Shown here piece by piece: positions 40,019 to 49,167 of a stretch of DNA of 49,167 nucleotides. Each line of letters begins with the position of its first letter. Positions within the stretch are counted from its first letter, which is position 1. Position numbers and translations under genes: made by a program. The stretch comes from Candidatus Bipolaricaulota bacterium. GTDB taxonomy: Bacteria; Bipolaricaulota; Bipolaricaulia; UBA7950; UBA9294. The notes beneath the pieces were generated by a model. It worked only from the letters and a program-made list of their open reading frames with translations. It had not been told where the DNA came from and did no database searches. Where the stretch lies: assembly GCA_030603215.1 (NCBI GenBank), contig JAUVYF010000003.1, positions 1-49,167 on the forward strand, written 5' to 3'.

Positions 40019-40714
40019 TTAGCTTTCTACCGCTACATTGATATAAGCAACGGTAAGTATGGCAAAAACAAACGCCTGAATCGCTCCTACAAACAGCCCA
40101 TAAAAAGCATTTAGCGCAGCAGGCACAAGTACCGGAGCAAACTTGGCTGAGACAACCGTGACTAGAATTGCTCCTCCAAACGTGTTGCCAAATAGACGAA
40201 ATGAGTGTGAAATCGGTTTGGCTATTTCGCTCACGATATTCAGCGGAAGCATAAAGGGGTAGGGCTCAAGAAATCCCTTCAAATACCTTATTCCACCTCT
40301 CATGCGTACTGCAAGCAACTGAGACATAACAAAAACGAGCAAAGCTAAGCTAAGCGTCACGTTCAGATCTTTGGTTGGAGACTCACAATAGGGAATCACT
40401 GAAAGCCAGTTAGAGACAAGAACAAACATGAAGACCGTCGACACAAAAGGAAATAACTCCCTGGCTAGTTTATCTGAAGAAAAGCTAGACATCAACTGCC
40501 CTTTCAGCAGATCAATCAAGGATTCGAGAATTGCTTGTGTTCGACTTGGCTTCTCCTCGATATCTTGTCCAAGTCCACGTCGCAGGATCAAGGCAACAAC
40601 AACAAGTACAGCAATAACTACCCAGCTCATGATAACTGTAAGAATGTCAAAGCTAAACGAGAAATTGCCAAGAGTAACATGCAAGATGAGCTTCTCACCC
40701 AGATGCTCAAGCAT
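40019..40714 (-). CDS. atpB: Fo subunit a
   Basis: PTKDLN, SHSFRLFGN, IQAFVFAILT; ATG 40714 after GGAGG. Confidence 0.93.
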   Translation of the reverse strand: MLEHLGEKLILHVTLGNFSFSFDILTVIMSWVVIAVLVVVALILRRGLGQDIEEKPSRTQAILESLIDLLKGQLMSSFSSDKLARELFPFVSTVFMFVLVSNWLSVIPYCESPTKDLNVTLSLALLVFVMSQLLAVRMRGGIRYLKGFLEPYPFMLPLNIVSEIAKPISHSFRLFGNTFGGAILVTVVSAKFAPVLVPAALNAFYGLFVGAIQAFVFAILTVAYINVAVES

Positions 40715-41093
40715 CTGCTCGCCTCCCCTGACGGATGTAGACAAGGCGCAACCCTGTCTGCGAAAAGATAAGCCCTCCACAGGCAGCACAAAAGGCCGGA
40801 ACGCTTACTTGCGCCAATAATGCCAGGGCGACTCCAAGAAACAAGATTCTTCCAAGGCTGGAACAACCCGCCATAACGCCAGCTCGCTCTCTGCCCCCTA
40901 ATCTAATCAATGCGCGTCCCGATTCATAGAGAAATAACAGATTAAGGACAAATAAGAGGCAGCCAACAAGAAAACCAACGGCAAGCACCCACAGACCAAA
41001 TACACTAAGGATTGACGAGACTATCACAGAAAACAACAGACCACCACAAATATGAAAAACACGGTTGAACTCTGTGAAGGATAGATTGCTCAT
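40707..41093 (-). CDS. atpI: ATP synthase subunit I-like membrane protein
   Basis: Four hydrophobic helices immediately before and overlapping atpB. Confidence 0.7.
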   Translation of the reverse strand: MSNLSFTEFNRVFHICGGLLFSVIVSSILSVFGLWVLAVGFLVGCLLFVLNLLFLYESGRALIRLGGRERAGVMAGCSSLGRILFLGVALALLAQVSVPAFCAACGGLIFSQTGLRLVYIRQGRRADA

Positions 41094-41124
41094 CGTAAGG
41101 ACCTACTATGAAGACGTTTGCTAA

Positions 41125-41682
41125 CTAGATGGTTCGAAGCTGCTTATTCCTCTCCTTGACCAACTTATCAATTTCCTCGGAACGCTCACGAATAGCCTTA
41201 TCATTCTTCTCGTGATAACGATGGTAATCATCTTCTGAAATGCTTCCCTGGTTCTTCATTTGCTCCAATTTCCCATTTGCATCCCGGCGGATATTGCGTA
41301 GGGCAACCTTTGCTTCCTCGCCCCTATCCTTGATGATATGTGTGAGCTGCTCGCGCCGTTCCTCTGAAAGCTTCGGAATCTTAATACGAACGACTTTCCC
41401 TTCATGCGTCGGGTTAAGGCCTAGACCAGCAGACAGAATGGCCTTCTCTATACTGGCAATCTGTGTCCTGTCGTAGGGTTGAATAACCAGCAAATTCTGA
41501 TCAGGGGCAACGATCGTCGCCAGCCGCTTGAGCGGGGTAGAGGTCCCATAATAATCCACAATTGTATCCTCTATCATCTTAGGATTTGCCCGACCGGTCT
41601 GAACCTTGCCTAGGTTAGTCTTTAGCACTTCGATACTCTTGTCCATGTGCCGCAACATATCTCGCTCTATTTCCTCTGGCAT
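41125..41682 (-). CDS. frr: Ribosome recycling factor
   Basis: TGRANP, IQPYD, LGLNP, P.LSEERR, RNIRRDA; GAGG SD before the ATG at 41682. Confidence 0.95.
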   Translation of the reverse strand: MPEEIERDMLRHMDKSIEVLKTNLGKVQTGRANPKMIEDTIVDYYGTSTPLKRLATIVAPDQNLLVIQPYDRTQIASIEKAILSAGLGLNPTHEGKVVRIKIPKLSEERREQLTHIIKDRGEEAKVALRNIRRDANGKLEQMKNQGSISEDDYHRYHEKNDKAIRERSEEIDKLVKERNKQLRTI

Positions 41683-41700
41683 CGAAAACACCTCGCAAAA

Positions 41701-41771
41701 ATTGTAGTTCCAAGATAGATGGAAGTCAACGCTATCTAGCCCTTGACGTTGTGTGCAGGATATCGTAAACT
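41701..41771. promoter_or_regulatory. Back-to-back sigma70 promoters (frr-atp leftward, rdh-like rightward)
   Basis: Minus strand TTGACT-N17-TACAAT (41701-41729); plus strand TTGACG-N17-TAAACT (41743-41771). Confidence 0.7.
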
Positions 41772-41776
41772 AAAAG

Positions 41777-42664
41777 GTGTCAGTGCGAAATGCACTGATT
41801 TTTTGTTTGTGCAATCATAGGAAAGAAGACACACGGAGCTTTCTTGTGTTAGACGCGCAGATTGCACTAGTGAAAGATCCATCGTGGGCCGTTCATGAGC
41901 AGTGCAGCGAGGCATTCTCTTGGAAAAGAGTATTCCAAGCTGTTCCGAACCTGCTTAAGGTCGGAAAACATACGGTAAAGAGTCCCACCCTTATGAGCAA
42001 ACAGATCAAAGAAACTGCGCGTACATATGGTGCGGATCTTGTTGGCATATGCCAGGTTGATCACAGGTGGATCTACTCTCATGACAGAAGCGGAGACCCG
42101 ATCGAAATTCCTGTGGAATACAAATATGCGATCGTGATCGGAATCGCCATGGACAAGGAAGCGATCAGTGCCTCGCCGGCCTTTAGATCGGCTACCGCCA
42201 GTGGGGTTGGCTATTCACGGATGGCGTTTACAGCTGCTTGCCTGGCTGAATTCATCCGAAACCTACGTTACAAAGCAATATCCATGGGAAATGATACTGC
42301 CCTTAGCATTCCGCTCGCCATCGATGCTGGTCTTGGCCAACTGGGGCGAAATGGCTTGCTGGTCACACCACAATATGGTCCATGCGTACGGCTATGCAAG
42401 ATCTTTACCGATCTTCCGCTTGAGCCGGATAAACCAATTGACTTTGGGCTAACCAAGTTTTGTAAAGAATGTTATAAGTGCGCGGAGGTATGCAAAGCAC
42501 AGGCAATCAGCTCTGACGTTGAACCATCTTTCAAGCTCGCTTGTCCATCCAACAATACCGGAATCCTACGCTGGGCAGTGAATGCTGATAAGTGTTATGA
42601 GTTCTGGGTGGAAAATGGGGCCGCTTGTTCAAGTTGCGTTGCCGTATGCCCATTTACTCAATAA
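41777..42664 (+). CDS. Reductive dehalogenase-like corrinoid / 2x[4Fe-4S] protein (short, start uncertain)
   Basis: YGADLVGI, RWIYSH, ALSIPLAIDAGLGQLGRNGLL, FTDLPL, CxxCxxCxxxC and C-x8-CxxCxxxCP. Confidence 0.78.
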   Translation: MSVRNALIFCLCNHRKEDTRSFLVLDAQIALVKDPSWAVHEQCSEAFSWKRVFQAVPNLLKVGKHTVKSPTLMSKQIKETARTYGADLVGICQVDHRWIYSHDRSGDPIEIPVEYKYAIVIGIAMDKEAISASPAFRSATASGVGYSRMAFTAACLAEFIRNLRYKAISMGNDTALSIPLAIDAGLGQLGRNGLLVTPQYGPCVRLCKIFTDLPLEPDKPIDFGLTKFCKECYKCAEVCKAQAISSDVEPSFKLACPSNNTGILRWAVNADKCYEFWVENGAACSSCVAVCPFTQ

Positions 42665-42719
42665 AACGGCTCCTTGCACTCAAGGTAATATAACCCGAAG
42701 AAAGAGTCACCAGCCTGGC

Positions 42720-43500
42720 CTCTCGCAAAGACGCAAAGATCGCAGGAAAAGACAGTCGTCGGTCGGCAGTCAACAGTCGGGAGTCAAGAGTCAAAAACAG
42801 TAACAAGTAATGGGTGATGAGTAACGGGTGAAATAGAACCAGTCGGGAGTCAGGAGTCGGGAGTCGAAAAACGGTGAAAGGCAAAGAAATGGTGAACCAG
42901 TTAAATAGGGAAATAGTTGATTGGTTAAATGGGAAAAGACCGAGACCAAAACACGAGGAACAACCACAAAACCAACGTAACCCACGAGAACAACGTTGTA
43001 TTCGTGTAGGGGTATGCCTATGTAGCGTCGTAGCTTGCCTGCGACATTATCTTTGACGTCGGGGATAAATCCCAACGCTACGAACGGTTTGAAAGCTGAT
43101 CGCTCTTTCCTGGCGGCTGACCGCTGACAGCTGAAAGCTTCCTTTCCTGAAATCTTGTGTAGCGTCGTAGCTTGCCTGCGACGTTGTCTTTCATGACGAA
43201 TGATCTACACACCGCTGTTCTTCTTTGTTTGTCCATCGGTCTTCCAATCCGCAATTCACAATTCGCATTCCGCAATTGTCTTTGCTCCTCTGCGTTCTCT
43301 GCGTCCTCTGCGGTTAAATGTATTCACATACTGTCATGCCGGACTTGATCCGGCATCCAGAGGACTAGCAGGATTTGTATACAACCATTACCTGACTGGA
43401 TTCCCGGGCCCTGCCCCGAACCCGATCCGGGGTTCACCGGAATGGTGGGCACAGGCTCCAACGCTACGAACTTCCCATTCCACATTCCGCAATTGTCTTT
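42720..43500. repeat. Mosaic repeat region between convergent genes
   Basis: AGTCGGG and RGTAATG heptamers, GGTTAAAT octamers, duplicated TGTAGCGTCGTAGCTTGCCTGCGAC (43021, 43158), GTCATGCCGGACTTGATCCGGCATCCAG and CTCTGCGT runs. Confidence 0.85.
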
Positions 43501-43545
43501 GCACCTTCGCTCCCCTGCTCCTCCGCTTTCTTTCTCCGCGGCCAC

Positions 43546-44376
43546 TCAAAATCCGTACTCGGCGGGATTAAATAGCGCAAGATTCTCTAAACTGAAAAAA
43601 TCATCTGGAAATTCATCTTCGGGTTGCCTTCGTTCAAGGAAAGTGATTGTTGTAGAGCTTCCGTTCACGCAATCACTGTTGATCAGCTGATCGACTGTGA
43701 CCGCTCCTTCAAACTCTCCTAGGGCAAGGACCTCCACTGTCTGCCCCACCTCACCGGCAGAGTTGATATTCCGCATTCGAAGCACGAAGAAAGTTTCCTT
43801 GTCTACCCACATGTTTGCGGTGGGAAAATCCAATTCCTCCTGTGGCCTGGCAGCAAGAGAAAGGACATAGGCCATCCGCTCTGTTTCACCCACAATCAGC
43901 CGCTCATTGCCAGTCACTTTCGCCGTGTAGTGACCTACTAAGTCATAACCACCCAAGTTCTGAAAGGACAGCGTGCTTCCCGCGAAACTCTTGCTCTGTG
44001 TCTCAACATCAAGCTCCCTGAGTAGATCCCACTCTGGGGAGTAGTACCACTGTCGAGTAGTCCCCTGTTCCGGCGTTTCCATGAGTAGGATCGAGCCGCT
44101 GTTGTACCCCACGTCAAGGAAATATAGGAGAAGAAACTCTGTTCCTTCCTTCGTGCGCTTGGAAAATCCCACGAAGCTATCTGCGGTAGTTATCCCATCG
44201 GTTGTGCTACTCTCAAGGCGAAAGGTTGTGATCAAGCTCCCTTTGCTTCTGAGCTCCCCTCCAAACTTCGCGCGCGCGAGGATCTCCTCACCCGTTAACT
44301 CTTCAGCGAAGGCCGCACTCCCAACAAGAAGCACACACAGCAGCAGCGTAGTGATTAATAATTCTACTCGTTTCAT
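43546..44376 (-). CDS. LolA-like outer-membrane lipoprotein-sorting protein
   Basis: Signal peptide, QWYYSP, SFAGSTLSF, MWVDKE, C-terminal PDDFFS; downstream of MMPL. Confidence 0.75.
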   Translation of the reverse strand: MKRVELLITTLLLCVLLVGSAAFAEELTGEEILARAKFGGELRSKGSLITTFRLESSTTDGITTADSFVGFSKRTKEGTEFLLLYFLDVGYNSGSILLMETPEQGTTRQWYYSPEWDLLRELDVETQSKSFAGSTLSFQNLGGYDLVGHYTAKVTGNERLIVGETERMAYVLSLAARPQEELDFPTANMWVDKETFFVLRMRNINSAGEVGQTVEVLALGEFEGAVTVDQLINSDCVNGSSTTITFLERRQPEDEFPDDFFSLENLALFNPAEYGF

Positions 44377-44394
44377 TGCAGTCCCCTTTTCTTG

Positions 44395-46707
44395 CTATTC
44401 TCGGCTATCATTCCCTCTCATTTTCCACGGTGATCTAAATAGAAATGCAGGCCGCCAGGTAATAAGGATCGCTGGGATCACGGTAAACGCGGAGAGGGCG
44501 CTGATCACCATGGTCATTGCAATGAGCAATCCAAAGCTGTTTGTTCCCTTGAACGAGGAGGCAAGAAGTATGATGAATCCAAGGGCAAGGGCGACCGCAT
44601 TGTAGGCAATACCTCGCCCAGTCATTTGAATGGTTGACTGGAGAGCATTATCCATAGACTTGCCCGCGAGCACCTCCCGGCGGAACCGGGAGATCAAGTG
44701 AATGGCGTAGTCGATTCCAATCCCGATGGCAATGGATGAGACCATCAGGGTTGCCATGTTCAGCGGAGTTCCTGAATAGGCCATCACACCAAAGTTGATG
44801 ACCACGGTGAGAAGAAGAGGGATAAGGCTAATGAGGCCAGCGATGAGCGAGCCCATTAAGATGGAAACAATAAGCCCTGCAGCAATAATCGACGTTACTA
44901 AGCTCGTTATCTGGCTCTTCGCAATCTGAGAGTACAGACTTGATTGGACCAGTGTAGGCCCCACCATCTGCGCTTTCGCCGAGCCGGCAAAATGACTATC
45001 CAGATATGTCTGAACCTCATGGACAAGGTCCATCCGCTGGGCACTCCCCCCCATCGAGTAAAGCCCCATCACCTCTCCGGCGGAGAAGTCACTGAGCGCC
45101 ATATTACCAAGACTCCCGCCCTGCAGGCTGAAGAAAAACAAGAGCTGTGAGACTAATCTCGGTGTGTCGGGGATAGCATAGTAGGCAGCGTCATCGGCAT
45201 GGAATTTCTGGTTCATCTCCTTTACCAGATCGGCGATCGAGACCGTCTTATTCACTCCCTTCTCCTGCAAGAAACCTTGGAGAGCAACGATCTCGTTCAA
45301 CACGTCCGGATTCAACAGACCGTCAGTAGTGCCAGTATCGATCTCGATCATTAGCTGCTCGCTGCCGGAGAAGTGGCGCTTCATCAATTCCATTCCCTCT
45401 ACTACAGGGTTACTATCTCCGAGAAACTCCCGTTCGGAGGTCTCTATCTGAAGGAGTGGCAACCCAGCAAGGAAAGCGACAAAGAGGATCGCCGAGAGCA
45501 CAAGAACGGAACGCCGGCGCCGGATAACCAGCTGCTCGATGGCAGAGAGTACCCGGGTAATGGGCCCTCGATCACCTTTTTTGATCTTCCTCTCAGGGAC
45601 CTTGAGTAAGGACAGGAGAGCCGGTATGAGGACAAGCGAGAGGACCATCGCCACGCATACCCCAATCGCAGTGACTACCCCGAACTGCCGTTGTGGGATG
45701 AGAAAGGAGTTAAGAAGGGAGAGAAAGCCAGCAACGGTGGTGAATCCGGTCATCGATACCGGAGCCGTCATGTGCAGCCCTGTCTCAATGACTGCGGTGC
45801 GGCGATCGCTTCCGGTCTTGACCACCTCGTAATAATAGTTCAACACATGGATGCAGTAGGCAATTCCGATCGCCATCAAGATTACCGGCAGGATAAAGGA
45901 GATAATCGTTACGGGAACATCAAAGATAGCCATTAACCCCAATGTCCACAAAGTAGACAGCACAACAACAAGTAGCGGCAATAGCACCCCGCGCACGCTC
46001 CAGAAGCTAAAGTAAAGCACGAGAACTATTACCAGAATAACAAGTGGGAGAAGAATGAGCAGATCCTTTCCCATCAACTCAGAGAGGACAACATTCATGT
46101 AAGACATCCCGGTGATATAGATCCTCTCCGGCGGGGAATCGTAGTTCTTGACGATTGCTATGATCTCTTTCGCCACCGCGACCTGGTCGGCATCTATCTT
46201 TAGCTTGATCAGTACCGTTGCTGCTTGACTGTCAGTGGCAACAAGGTAATCGCGCACTGTGTTACTTGCCATCGCCCGTTCCCGATAGACAGCAATCTCT
46301 TCCGGAGTCTCTGGAACAGCGCCCCCCGGAGAGGCTGGCCCAATCTTGATGGCCTTCTCTGTTCCGGTGATCACCTGCGCGTTAAGTGGGCTCGTCACCT
46401 CATCCACGCCAGCGATCTGTTCAAAAGACTCCGCCATTCGCCCAATTTTGGTTAGGGTGGCAAGGTTGAAAATTCCAGCCTCGTTCTCAACGGCTACCAT
46501 CAACAAGGATTGAGCTCCGTAGCGGGCTTCCGCTCTTTCCATTGCCATTACTGTAGGATCTGTCTTATCGATGTAGTTAGAAAAATCTGTGTCTGTACGA
46601 AGACGTGGGATGAACGCAAGGAACGTCAAAGTAATCAACAGCACAATACCAATTACTATGTACGGGTGCGCGGCAATCCAAGAAAAGAATTTCCTCATGT
46701 AAGCCAC
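44395..46707 (-). CDS. MMPL/RND family transporter
   Basis: Two repeats of TM1, extracytoplasmic domain and 5 TMs; GIGIDYAIH motif. Confidence 0.9.
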   Translation of the reverse strand: MAYMRKFFSWIAAHPYIVIGIVLLITLTFLAFIPRLRTDTDFSNYIDKTDPTVMAMERAEARYGAQSLLMVAVENEAGIFNLATLTKIGRMAESFEQIAGVDEVTSPLNAQVITGTEKAIKIGPASPGGAVPETPEEIAVYRERAMASNTVRDYLVATDSQAATVLIKLKIDADQVAVAKEIIAIVKNYDSPPERIYITGMSYMNVVLSELMGKDLLILLPLVILVIVLVLYFSFWSVRGVLLPLLVVVLSTLWTLGLMAIFDVPVTIISFILPVILMAIGIAYCIHVLNYYYEVVKTGSDRRTAVIETGLHMTAPVSMTGFTTVAGFLSLLNSFLIPQRQFGVVTAIGVCVAMVLSLVLIPALLSLLKVPERKIKKGDRGPITRVLSAIEQLVIRRRRSVLVLSAILFVAFLAGLPLLQIETSEREFLGDSNPVVEGMELMKRHFSGSEQLMIEIDTGTTDGLLNPDVLNEIVALQGFLQEKGVNKTVSIADLVKEMNQKFHADDAAYYAIPDTPRLVSQLLFFFSLQGGSLGNMALSDFSAGEVMGLYSMGGSAQRMDLVHEVQTYLDSHFAGSAKAQMVGPTLVQSSLYSQIAKSQITSLVTSIIAAGLIVSILMGSLIAGLISLIPLLLTVVINFGVMAYSGTPLNMATLMVSSIAIGIGIDYAIHLISRFRREVLAGKSMDNALQSTIQMTGRGIAYNAVALALGFIILLASSFKGTNSFGLLIAMTMVISALSAFTVIPAILITWRPAFLFRSPWKMRGNDSRE

Positions 46708-46717
46708 CGCTTGCTGT

Positions 46718-47314
46718 TCATCTGCCTCCTTCTTTCTTTAGCCCACTCCACATGAAATCCGCTAGTTCGCTTGGGGCATCTTCAATGAGCCGGTCTGCTT
46801 TTTCAGGTGGGTAGCTCATTTCACAGACACTGATCGACTGCACAACAGCAAACAGCGCCGAGGCAATGACGGAAGGATTACAGCGCCTAACCCAACCTTG
46901 GTCAATTCCTTTTTGAATCAACTCCTCGATTCTCTTCACTGCCTGTCGATGAAGCCCGATCAGCTTATCGGTAAATTCGGTTCCCGGATTGAATCGCTCC
47001 TGCAATAATACGCGAGCAAGCCTCTTCTTTTTCCTCAGCAAACAAAAGTGCTCGTCGAGAATTTGCTTGATCTGGTCACGAATAGGCAGGCTACTTGCCT
47101 GAAGCTCATCGAATAATGGCATTTGTTCATCAAATTCAGCCTGGAAAATAGAGAGAAGGATCTCCTCCTTGCTCTTGAAGTAGTTGTAAATCGTTCCTAC
47201 TGCTACCCCCGCCTCATGAGCAACCGCTTCCATCCGCGCTCGGTAAAATCCTTGGCTAGCAAACACCCGCACCGCCGCTTCTTTGATCATTTCTGCTTTA
47301 CTGCGCTGCATCAT
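46718..47314 (-). CDS. TetR/AcrR family regulator
   Basis: AGVAVGTIYNYFKSKEEI helix-turn-helix. Confidence 0.93.
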   Translation of the reverse strand: MMQRSKAEMIKEAAVRVFASQGFYRARMEAVAHEAGVAVGTIYNYFKSKEEILLSIFQAEFDEQMPLFDELQASSLPIRDQIKQILDEHFCLLRKKKRLARVLLQERFNPGTEFTDKLIGLHRQAVKRIEELIQKGIDQGWVRRCNPSVIASALFAVVQSISVCEMSYPPEKADRLIEDAPSELADFMWSGLKKEGGR

Positions 47315-47328
47315 ATCTCCTCAAATAC

Positions 47329-47346
47329 TGAATGAACGTTCATTCA
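47329..47346. promoter_or_regulatory. TetR operator (perfect 18-bp palindrome)
   Basis: TGAATGAACGTTCATTCA just downstream of a minus-strand TTGACT-N16-TATAAT promoter (47348-47375). Confidence 0.8.
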
Positions 47347-47601
47347 TATTATACGGCCAACAATGCTATAGTCAAGGAAATAAACAATTAGTGGCTTTCT
47401 AGCGCTGTTTGTAAAACCAGCTATACCTTAGGTTGGGTTGCTACATGAGTTTAAGATCCGAGAAACCCTGCGATTAGATCGTGGTTGTTCATTTTCTACG
47501 AATAACCACACTGTAGAAGAATAAATGGAGCTTTATCGCTATTATAGTTATACAAGTAGTTATGCAAACAGGAAAGCCTGAGAAGTCAGAAAGGGGAAGA
47601 A

Positions 47602-49167
47602 AATGAGTTTGAAGATAGGAAAACGTATAGGCCGATCGGCTTGGCTAGTGAGATTGGTGGGTCTGTTTGCATTAATACTGGCTGCATCGCTGCTGTTCCA
47701 GGTGTTCTACGTTATTCCATACATCCGCAACGAGGCGGTTAAAGCGACCAAGACTCACCAGGAGGAAATTGCCCGCAGCATTGTCCGGGAGCTGGACCAT
47801 GATCTGGAGAGTTCCAAGACTCGTCTGACGATGATAGCCAAGCAGCCTGAGCTTCGCACTATGGACATCGCCAACCAACACGATTACTTGGTCAAGAACG
47901 TGGAGACATCAACACTTGGCGCCTCCCTTTTCGTGATGGACGCCGAAGGTTGGTTTGTTTCTAGCAGTGTGAGTAAGGATAACTTCTCCGCCTACACTAC
48001 CAAGAGCTACGCTGATAGGCCGTATTTCACCGTTCCTTTTGAGCAAGGCCAGACCTATTTTGGGGGCTCTTTGTTCTACCCTCAACTGGGACTCGTAGGC
48101 AGTTCTGTGAGTGTACCCATCGAGCTGGAAACGGGAGAGAAAGTGGGTGTGCTGTTAAGTGGAATGAGGCTGAGCAACCTGATGAAACGTGTAGCAGACT
48201 ATCCTCTTGGGGAGGGGCAGGTTGCCTACATAGTAGACAAGGAAGGTACGGTTATTGCTCATTCCGCGATAGACTTATTTGCTCTAGAAGAGGGTCCGCT
48301 GTCGCTTGACTACAGCGACCATCCATTGGTACGGTCCACCATGGATGAGGGGATAGGCAAGTCTCAAGAGCATGAACACGAGGGCGTGTCTTACTTTTGC
48401 ACCTCCGCTATCGTGAACGCCAATGACTGGGGGATACTGGTTAGAACCCCGATGCACATAATTCTAGCCGAGAGCAACGCGCTAGGCAGATGGTTGTTGT
48501 GGGCCAACTTCGTACTCTTTGTCATCGCTCTTGCCGTCACGGTGATCTTCACACGGCAGATAACGGCTGAGCGTGAGAAAGCAATGGAAAAAGTAAGCGA
48601 TAGCCAACAACACTTGCAGTTGGCTTTAGATGGTGGTAATTTGGGCACATGGGATTGGGATATCTACACAGATAGGGTTGTTTTCAACGAGCGCTGGGCG
48701 AAGATGAAAGGGTACAAGCCCGAGGAAATTGAACCTTGCCTGGGTTCCTGGGAGAACCTTGTACACCCCGATGACCTACCAAGAGTCAACGATATTCTAA
48801 AGGCCTATCTTGAGGGAAAAACAGACTTTTACGAAGCCGAATTTCGTATGCAACAGAAATCTGGTAAGTGGTTGTGGATTCTAGATCGTGGCAAGATCAT
48901 CGAGTGGGATACAGATGGCAACCCCGTTCGAGCCTGTGGGACCCATTTGGACATCACCGAGCGCAAGCAGGCGGAGGAGGCGCTGAGGGAAAGTGAAAAG
49001 AAATATCGTCTGCTGGCTGAAAATGTGACTGACGTTATATTCGTGCAGGATATGAATTTCAATATGACCTATGTAAGTCCTTCTGTTACGCCTTTGTCTG
49101 GTTATAGCGTGGAGGAAGCATTAAACCACAAAATGAAAGATTTCTTCACGCCAGATTCCTATGCAAA
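47602..49167 (+). CDS. Cache + PAS domain sensor protein (partial, runs off the window end)
   Basis: Frame from ATG 47602: TM, Cache-like YADRPYF / YIVDKEG.VIAH, second TM, PAS GTWDWD...VHPDD...DITERK and a second PAS; output domain not visible. Confidence 0.85.

Overview
Bacterial chromosomal window from what looks like an anaerobic, uncultured-type lineage. Taxonomy cannot be fixed from the sequence. Core content: an frr-atpIBEFHAGD F-type ATP synthase operon with a Na+-type c subunit and no intact atpC, tRNA-Cys and tRNA-Val, trxB/trxA/TauE, a CIRCE-controlled Clp/Hsp100 ATPase followed by a heterodimeric ABC exporter, ggt, panB and msrA. Accessory content: fabF plus a FabX/FabK-like flavoenzyme, a tyrosine-integrase remnant next to an AAA_14/DUF4143 ATPase, a murL-murD pair, an orphan reductive-dehalogenase-like gene, a TetR-MMPL-LolA-like cassette and a partial Cache/PAS sensor. 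The most striking unannotated signal is in the Liv-type ABC transporter, which is split into two convergent transcription units. Each unit has its own promoter, a 26-27 aa leader peptide ending in an aromatic cluster (LWFAYYIWL / LYYYFIWML) and an intrinsic terminator, consistent with twin aromatic-amino-acid attenuators. Several intergenic regions are strand-polarised mosaics of 7-9 nt tandem repeat modules and REP-like palindromes. An internally deleted IS200 element sits near the left end. No CRISPR array or rRNA was seen.
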